Source: Octopus sinensis (taxonomy: Eukaryota). Taken from it: 28,319 nucleotides of DNA. The notes beneath the pieces were generated by a model. That model had not been told where the DNA came from. It saw nothing but the letters and a program-made list of their open reading frames with translations, and searched no databases. The position numbers were made by a program, and so were the translations under genes. Positions 20,787-28,319 of the stretch are shown here, one piece after another (position 1 is the stretch's first letter; every line of letters begins with the position of its first letter). Where the stretch lies: the NCBI RefSeq assembly GCF_006345805.1, contig NW_021833491.1, positions 1-28,319 of the forward strand, given 5' to 3'.

Positions 20787-21000
20787 TTCCCTCCACTCCA
20801 CTCAAAACACATAGATACATACATACTATAACTTTGAGGAATTATTTGCTGCTCTCCACACTCCTCTGAAAACACACTCATACATAAATACATACATATT
20901 TACATACATGTACATTAAGAAATTGTTTGCTTTTCCCTTCACTCCACTCAAAACACACACATACATACACAAGTACACATTGAGAAATTCCTTGCCTCAT
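20787..21000. repeat. Degenerate three-unit minisatellite (about 63-84 bp period)
   Basis: The anchor cactccactcaaaacac recurs at about 20794, 20858 (degenerate) and 20940. Confidence 0.6.
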
Positions 21001-21527
21001 CACCACCTCACCTACTTTTGCCTATCTGTGATAACACTTCCATCACCACCACCACCACCACCACCACCACCTTCGCCTCTACCACTTACACCTCTCTTTT
21101 TCTTACACCTACTCCTTCCCTCACCGTCCACCCCATGATCCTTCGCTTTGCTGTCATTCTCTTCTAATCTCCCCCATCTACTCCTCCTTTCTCCATCATT
21201 CCTCTCATCCTTCATTTTCCCATTTTTTCCCCCAAAAGTTTCTTTTTCTTATGTCCATGACTACATAAACAGGATTTTTCAGCTGACATTAGCCATTGCT
21301 AATTACACAAATAGACATGTCCGTGTGTGGGTGGGGGGGTAGGTTGTCGAAAGCATGGCTGTGTGGTTAAGAAGCTTACTTCCCAGCCATGTGGTACCAA
21401 GTTCAATCCCATTGTGCATCACTTAGTGTCATAGCTTTGATTTGGCCAATTTCCCACAATTCCACCATATATGTATGTGTGCTAGTGGGTACGTATATAT
21501 ATATGTGTGTGTGTGCATGTATGTGAG

Positions 21528-21932
21528 TGTGTGGTAAGTAGCTTGTTTACCAACCACATGGTTCCGGGTTCAGTCCCACTGCATGGCATCTTGGCCAAGT
21601 GTCTTCTGTTATAGCCCCGGGCCGACCAAAGCCTTGTGAGTGGATTTGGTAGACGGAAACTGAAAGAAGCCCGTCGTATATATGTATATATATATATATA
21701 TATGTGCATGTATGTTTGTGTGTCTGTGTTTGTCCCCCTAGCATTGCTTGACAACCGATGCTGGTGTGTTTATGTCCCCGTTACGTAGCGGTTTGGCGAA
21801 AGAGACCAATAGAATAAGTACTGGGCTTACAAAAGAATAAGTCCCGGGGTCAAGTTGCTTGACTAAAGGCGGTGCTCCAGCATGGCCGCAGTCAAATGAC
21901 TGAAACAAGTAAAAGAGTAAAAAAAGAGTAAA
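21528..21932 (+). mobile_element. Family-A SINE, slightly 5'-truncated
   Basis: Matches the family-A consensus. Confidence 0.92.
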
Positions 21933-22360
21933 TATGTGTGTGTGCATATGCAGGAGTGTGTGATTATGTATATGAGTGCATACGAGTGCATATGTGTGCA
22001 TGAGTGCATGTGTATGTGTGCATGCATATGTGTGTGTATGCATGTATGTGAGTGTGATTATGTATGTGTGTGTGTGATTACATATATGAGTGCATATGAG
22101 TGTGTCTGTGTATGCATGAGTGTGTGTGTGTGTGCATGCATATATGTGAGTGTATATGTATATGTGTATGTGCATGAGCATATACGTATGTGTGTGTGAT
22201 TATGTATATAAATGTGTAGGAGTGTATGTGTATGCATGCATGTGCATCTGTGCATCCATGTGTGTGTGTGGTGTGTGCGTGCATGTATGTGACTGTATGT
22301 CTGTATGTGTGTGCATGTGTATGAGAGTATATATATTTGTGTGTGGTTATGTATATGCGT
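21933..22360. repeat. Cryptic (TG/TATG/TGCA)n low-complexity tract
   Basis: Directly visible. It generates the H/T/Y- and C/V/M-rich ORFs. Confidence 0.9.
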
Positions 22361-22362
22361 GT

Positions 22363-22740
22363 GGACGCACAATGGGCCAGTGGTTAGGGCAGCGGACTCA
22401 CGGTCGTAGGATCGTGGTTTCAATTCCCAGACCGGGCGTTGTGTTTATTGAGCGAAAACACCTAAAAAGCTCCACGAGGCTCCGGCAGGGATGGTGGCGA
22501 ACCCTGCTGTACTCTTTCACCACAACTTTCTCTCGCTCTTTCTTCCTGTTTCTCTTGTACCTGTATTTCAAAGGGCCAGCCTTGTCACAATCTGTGTCAC
22601 GCTGAATCTCCTCGAGAACTACGTTAAGGGTATGCGTGTCTGTGGAGTGCTCAGCCACTTGCACGTTAATATCACGAGCAGGCTGTTCCGTTGATCGTAT
22701 CAGCTGGGACCCTCATCGTCACAACCGACGGAGTGCTCCT
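22363..22740 (+). mobile_element. tRNA-derived SINE, family B, apparently full length
   Basis: Head ggacgcacaatgggccagtggttagggcagcggactc...gtttcaattcc (A- and B-box-like), followed by a non-tRNA body shared with 19715-19830 and 26600-26720. Confidence 0.85.
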
Positions 22741-22839
22741 ATCCTATATATGTATATGCGTATGTGTGAGAATATGTCTGCATGTGTGCATGTGTGTGTG
22801 CACATGTGTTTGAGTGTGTGTGCATGTATGTGTGTATGA

Positions 22840-23045
22840 AAGAGTGCTGAGAGGTCCCTGGGTTTTCGTAAAAGAAAAATACAAAAGGACCAGTCATTTA
22901 TAATTTTATTTAACAAATCCCCCTCTCACACTTATTGCAGTGGTCCTTCAGTTTTTCTAAGCCCTACAAAAGAGCTCAGAAGGCTAGATCTCCAACCAAG
23001 CCTTTCAGGATACCCTTAAAGACAGAAACTTTTCAGCACCCCTAC
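22840..23045. mobile_element. Degenerate mariner-type MITE
   Basis: Imperfect TIRs: gagtgctgagaggtccctg versus the reverse complement of cagaaacttttcagcaccc. Confidence 0.4.
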
Positions 23046-23324
23046 TAGTATACGTGTATGTAGTCTTTATCAAAATTATAAACAGACTTTTATCTACTTA
23101 ATAAACACCATGGATTTTTATTTTTATTTTTCCGACAGTGTTAACAATGTGCTTTTCTTGCAACTCAAGTGAAACTGAAAATAATTACAGACTTTCGCTA
23201 ATCTTTCCTTGGTCCTTCGTCTCTGATGACATTATGAATGACGACTTTCACTCGTTATCAAACTTATGCATTTATTTTCTCCGTATCACAACATTAACAA
23301 GAACGGTTCAAGTGAATTACAGTT

Positions 23325-23403
23325 AATAATAATAATAATAATAGTAATGATAATAATATTAATAATAATAATAATAATAATAATAATGATGATGATGATG
23401 ATG

Positions 23404-23442
<39 letters not shown>

Positions 23443-23668
23443 TTGATAATAATAATAATAATGATGATGATGATGATGATAATAATAATAATAATAATAA
23501 ATAATGATGATGATAATAATAATAATAATAATAAATGATGATGATGATTAATAATAATAATAAAAATAAATAATGAGGATGATATATAATAATAATAATA
23601 ATAATAATAGTATGATAATAATATAATAATAATAATAATAAATAATGATGATGATGATGATGATGATG

Positions 23669-23701
<33 letters not shown>

Positions 23702-23839
23702 TTGATAATAATATATAATGATGATGATGATGATGATAATAATAATAAAATAATAAATAATGATGATGATAATAATAATAATAATAATAATAAATGATGA
23801 TGATGATAATAATAATAATAAAAATAAATAATGAGGATG

Positions 23840-23871
<32 letters not shown>

Positions 23872-23894
23872 TAATGATGATGATGATAATAATG

Positions 23895-23963
<69 letters not shown>

Positions 23964-23965
23964 TA
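23325..23965. repeat. About 640-bp compound (AAT)n/(GAT)n microsatellite
   Basis: Directly visible. It is the source of the longest ORFs (227 aa poly-I/Y/L/S/H). Confidence 0.97.
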
Positions 23966-24133
23966 ACATCCATCCATTAATTTATTTATTTATTAATTTT
24001 TAAATACACATTTTATCTGTGAATTTGCACCTGTAATCTAGGAATGCATACAATGAGCTTCTCTGCCCTAGGTTTTTGGAAAACACTCGGCGAGAAACGG
24101 AAAAAAATTTGAAGAAAGAAAGAAAAAAAGAAA

Positions 24134-24191
<58 letters not shown>

Positions 24192-24215
24192 GTAATAATA
24201 ATAATATTAATAGAT

Positions 24216-24400
24216 AACAAGAGTGCTCAAGGAGTGCAAACCTCTGCTAAAGCAACACCAACGTCCTCTCAACGATTAGCTGGAGATGATTTTTAAAATG
24301 AGAATATCTGAAATAAACTTGACTGATCTCACAAACGAGAATACTAAAGATGAACTAGACCACTCTCAAAAATTAGATAAAAAACAGGAAAAATTTTTCA
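24216..24400 (+). mobile_element. DINE-1/HINE-like (Helentron-type) non-autonomous element fragment
   Basis: Begins AACAAGAG after an AT-rich run and is homologous to 24985-25531 (minus). The family assignment is an inference from the terminus. Confidence 0.5.
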
Positions 24401-24414
24401 TTATAGACACTATA

Positions 24415-24577
24415 GGCGCAGGAGTGGCTGTGTGGTAAGTAGCCTGCTAACCAGCCACATGGTTCCGGGTTCAGTCCCACTGCGTGGCATCTTGGGCAAG
24501 TGTCTTCTGCTATAGCCCCGGGCTGACCAATGCCTTGTGAGTGGATTTGGTAGACGGAAACTGAAAGAAGCCTGTCG

Positions 24578-24608
<31 letters not shown>

Positions 24609-24813
24609 TTGTGTGTCTGTGTTTCTCCCCCTAGCATTGCTTGACAACCGATGCTGGTGTGTTTACGTCCCCGTCACTTAGCGGTTCGGCAAAAGAGACC
24701 GATAGAATAAGTACTGGGCTTACAAAGAATAAGTCCCGGGGTCGATTTGCTCAACTAAAGGCGGTGCTCCAGCATGGCTGCAGTCAAATGACTGAAACAA
24801 GTAAAGAAAAGAG
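24415..24813 (+). mobile_element. Family-A SINE, full length, young
   Basis: Matches the family-A consensus from ggcgcagg to gtaaagaaaagag. Confidence 0.95.
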
Positions 24814-24949
24814 TATATGAGTGGATAAACTAAAAAAGGCCTTCATAGAGAAAACTGTCTCTGTTCCCACTACAGATGACACACACACACAGCATTACAA
24901 ACATGGCCCACATACCCACCTTCACATTCCATGACTACCATTGGGATCA

Positions 24950-25531
24950 ATCAGGGACCAGACAAGGATTCTGGATTATTTTTCTGGTGTTTTTACTTAA
25001 CTTTTGAGAGTGGTCTGGTCCATTTTTAGTATTCGTGCTTGTGAGTGTGGTCGAGTTTTATTACAGACTAGCAGTATCGCCCAGCGTTGCTCAGGTTTGT
25101 AAGGGAAATAACTATAAAGCATTTTTAGAGAGTTATAGCCAAAAAATGGAAAAAAATGATGGTAAATTTTTTTTGAGATTTAAAAAAGGTGGAGTTGCGT
25201 CCCCTAGACAGTTTGTGGTTCGTGTTTCTGATTCTCGACCCCATGTCGAATTTATCGAATTTTTTCAGGACTGGGGGAACTTTTCAAAATTTTCGCTGCA
25301 TTAGTTTTAAATTATGACATTGGGCTATGTGTGTGTCAAGTTTCATCAGAATCGGTTGAAAGCCGTGGTCAGGGTGAGGGTACAACCAAACAGACACACA
25401 GAAACACGCACAGACAAACTGCCGTTTATATAGAGAGAGATATTCTCATTTTAAAAATCATCTCTGGTTGCTCATTAAGAGGACATTGGTATTGCCTTGG
25501 TAGGGGTTTGCACTCTCAGAGTGCTCTTGTT
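24950..25531 (-). mobile_element. Second copy of the DINE-like element, split by a Helitron
   Basis: Removing 25068-25440 rejoins ttacaga|tattctc, which matches the reverse complement of 24296-24320. Confidence 0.75.
25068..25440 (-). mobile_element. Non-autonomous Helitron, family H2 (H1-like 3' end, different 5' part)
   Basis: Minus strand: A|TCTCTCTCTATATAAAC ... cctgagcaacgctgggcgatactgCTAG|T; no TSD. Confidence 0.9.
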
Positions 25532-25711
25532 ATTATTGTCCCTTGACAAATTGGTAGGTTTGTCAAAGCATCAAACTAAATTACTTTGGAGCATTTAGTT
25601 CAGTTTCTTATGCTCTGAGTTCAAATCCTGCCAAAGTCTGTGTCTGAACACCACCACCCTCCCCCAACTTGGGTCTAACCCATACAAGCATGGGATAATA
25701 GGTGCTAAAAG

Positions 25712-25856
25712 GATGATGATGATAATGATAATGATGATGATGATCATGATGATCATGATGATGATCATGATGATGATCATGATGATGATGATGATGATGA
25801 CGACAACGACGACGACGACAATGATGATGATGATGGTGATGATGATGAGGATGATG
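25712..25856. repeat. (GAT)n/(GAC)n microsatellite with GATCAT variants
   Basis: Directly visible. Confidence 0.95.
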
Positions 25857-25938
25857 GTTGGCTCCATGTATGTTTAGAAAATTATTCATACACTCACAAA
25901 CATGCATTTGAATACATATTCTCATATCCATAAGTTTA

Positions 25939-25978
<40 letters not shown>

Positions 25979-26589
25979 ACCACATCTATAATTATACACA
26001 TATGTTCACCTTCACATGCACACACACAGACACACACACACACAAATGTTTACATTTATTAGTGTGTAAGCCCAAGATTAACAAGCATGTAATTGTAAAA
26101 TTAATACTAAATCTATCGAATTAATATCAAAATATTCATTTTTAAATAACAAATTTTTTTTTCTTTTTTCTTTTTTTTTTTCATATTTGACATAAAAATT
26201 TAAGTGGGTACATGTTTTTATCTTTATTTCTTAATTGCTGACTTCGAAGTGGAAAGTTAGGGGTCTTAGAGACTAACGACAGGAAGGGAGAAAGTTATCC
26301 TTAAATTGCTAACCTTGTCGGAATGCTTTCCAAGGAATAAACTCTGCTAAATGTACCTAAGGGCCAGGTGATGATTGATGCTAAAGAGGGGCAAGAAATT
26401 ATACAGGGATTTGGGGGCTAAATTTGACAGTTTGCATAAAAGGAAATGGAAATGCAATATCCCAACCAAAAATAAAAGTATTTTCAGAAAAATCAAAAAA
26501 TATCAATTAGATTACGGCTGGGAAATAATTGTTTACTCAAAGTGGCCACCCTAGGCTTCCTCAAGACGGCTCTGGAACCTGGTGCATGT

Positions 26590-26815
26590 GTTCCTCATGG
26601 TTTCAAATCTCAGACCGGGCGATGTGTGTGTTTATGAGCAAAACACCTAAGCTTTGGCAGAAGGTAATGGCGAAACTTCTGCTGACTCATTCGCCACAAC
26701 TTTTTCTCACTCTTTCCTCCTGCATCTTGCAGCTCACCTGCGACGGACCGGCGTCCCGTCCAGGTGGGGAACCTATATGCCAAGGAAACCGGGAAACCGG
26801 CCCTAATAAGCCATT
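26590..26815 (+). mobile_element. Family-B-related SINE fragment with a different 3' module
   Basis: cagaccgggcg...aaaacacctaa matches 22425-22465. The 3' part cctgcgacggaccggcgtcccgtccagg is not present in family B. Confidence 0.6.
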
Positions 26816-26842
26816 TATAGCTCAAGAAGGAACAAACAACAA

Positions 26843-26875
<33 letters not shown>

Positions 26876-27049
26876 TGTATGTATACTTCTGTTGAACACG
26901 AACACAAACTCACACATGGGTGTACACAAACACACACACACTCACACACACACGCATGTAAAGAAAGAGAAATTAGGATTCCGGTAATTTCTCAATTTTC
27001 AGTCACACGACGAAAAGCACACCCAATGAAAGGAATATATACAAATATA

Positions 27050-27287
27050 CACATGCTCATATATACATATATGTGTGTATATACATATATATATATATAT
27101 ATATTATATATATACATATATATGTATATACAATATATATGTATTTATATATGTATGTTATATATATACATATATGGTATCACATATATATATGTATTTA
27201 TATATATATATTATATATATATATATATATATAACTATAATATATATATACACCACACATATATATATATGTATGTATATGTGTATG

Positions 27288-27318
<31 letters not shown>

Positions 27319-27320
27319 GT
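27050..27320. repeat. Degenerate (TA)n tract
   Basis: Directly visible. Confidence 0.95.
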
Positions 27321-27669
27321 ATGTATGGCAGATTATATTTCTTTGCCATCACATGTACTTTGTATGACCATAAAACTGTGACACTTCCTTCATAGGTTTT
27401 TCTTTCTTCTTTTTCTGTACGAAAGTCCTACATTTTTTCATTCTGGAATCTGGTGTGTGTGTGTGTGTGTGTGTTGTGTGTATGTCTTTATGTACATGCA
27501 CGTTTGACAGTTGTGTGTGTGTGAATTTTATTGTGTGAATAACTATAAATACAGATATATGTACAAGTGTGTGTTTGAGAAGTTAGCTTCAAACCACAAG
27601 GTCTTAGGTTCAATCCCACAGTCTGGCATGTAGAGAAAGTGGCTTCCCCTATAGCCCTGAACCAATTCC

Positions 27670-27800
27670 ATCAAGGTCAACTCTGTTTTTCATCCTTTCA
27701 GGGTCAATAAAATAAGTACCAGTTGATCACTGAAGTCATTGTAATCGATTTAAACTCACCCCAAATTTGCAGGCCTTGTGCCAAAACTTGAAACCAATAT
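27670..27800 (+). mobile_element. Old family-M-related SINE fragment
   Basis: aggtcaactctgtttttcatcctttcagggtcaataaaataagtaccag matches the family-M central domain. Confidence 0.65.
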
Positions 27801-28263
27801 TTTTCCATCTACATTAAGGTGTGGAACTGGTAGAATCGTTTGTGTATCAGTGTTTCTTCCAACTCTTGAAATTTTGTCGTTTATCCTTTCAGAAGAAGTA
27901 ACAAGCAAGTACTGAGGTTAATATAATTGCTTAGCCTCTTCCTACTAAAATTTAATTTAAGAATATCAACGGATTATTTAGTGATGGAAGTGACTACGGA
28001 AATTTGATCCTACAGGAAGTGGAACCATATTAGTTGTAAAATTCAAGTTGACTGAGAGATCAGATATCAATTAAGCTGTTATGGTGAAATTTGAAGAGTT
28101 ATCCTGAATTATACATACATAAAAAAGAGAAAAAGACAAAGATATATATATATATATATAGATATATTATACACATAACACACATCATACATATTATATA
28201 TATATTATATATATATAGATATATACACATACACACACATACATACATATATATATATATATA

Positions 28264-28319
28264 CAGTGGGGGGAAATAAATATTCGTACATGTCAAAATT
28301 CTTTATTTATTTAATTCTA
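28264..28319 (+). mobile_element. Left end of a Tc1-like transposon running off the window
   Basis: TA|CAGTGGGGGGAAATAAATATTCG at the end of a TA tract. Confidence 0.6.

Noticed and set aside
22363-22438. tRNA-like sequences at SINE heads (also 16509-16580 and 24415-24490)
   Set aside because: A and B boxes are present, but the acceptor stem and cloverleaf are incomplete and each continues into a SINE body. They are not called as tRNA genes.
23286-23977. The longest ORFs in the track (227 aa) and other I/Y/C/V/H/T-rich ORFs throughout
   Set aside because: They are translations of microsatellites, which lack stop codons in some frames. There is no protein-like complexity.
26360-26460. Short purine-rich peptide-like stretch MIDAKEGQEIIQGFGG*
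   Set aside because: It has multiple in-frame stops and no splice signals. It may be an old TE remnant, but I cannot assign it.

Overview
A 28.3-kb AT-rich, repeat-saturated eukaryotic intergenic or intronic window. It is most likely from an octopus or other coleoid cephalopod; this is an inference from the tRNA-derived SINE families and the microsatellite load, not a database result. No intact protein-coding gene, rRNA, genuine tRNA gene or CRISPR array can be supported. Almost all ORFs in the supplied track are translations of (TA)n/(TG)n/(AAT)n/(GAT)n tracts or of SINE consensus sequence. The recognisable content is: about 12 copies of one tRNA-headed SINE family ('family A') in both orientations, several other SINE families, two decayed mariner elements (one with intact TIRs), Tc1-like and piggyBac-like ends, RTE-clade LINE remnants, three non-autonomous Helitrons, a DINE-1/HINE-like pair, a (TAA)n-targeting retroelement and a Penelope-like fragment. 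The best leads are: a decayed minimal hammerhead ribozyme at 20316-20350; a Helitron whose empty site is present in the same window, and two Helitron families sharing one 3' end; a head-to-tail SINE trimer with a 9-bp TSD, inserted into a non-autonomous RTE element whose ORF tail is itself triplicated; a GTCGA/TCGAC hairpin module shared by two different SINE families; and a candidate 5-nt micro-exon at 13247-13251. Coordinates for old, degenerate fragments are approximate (about +/-20 bp).
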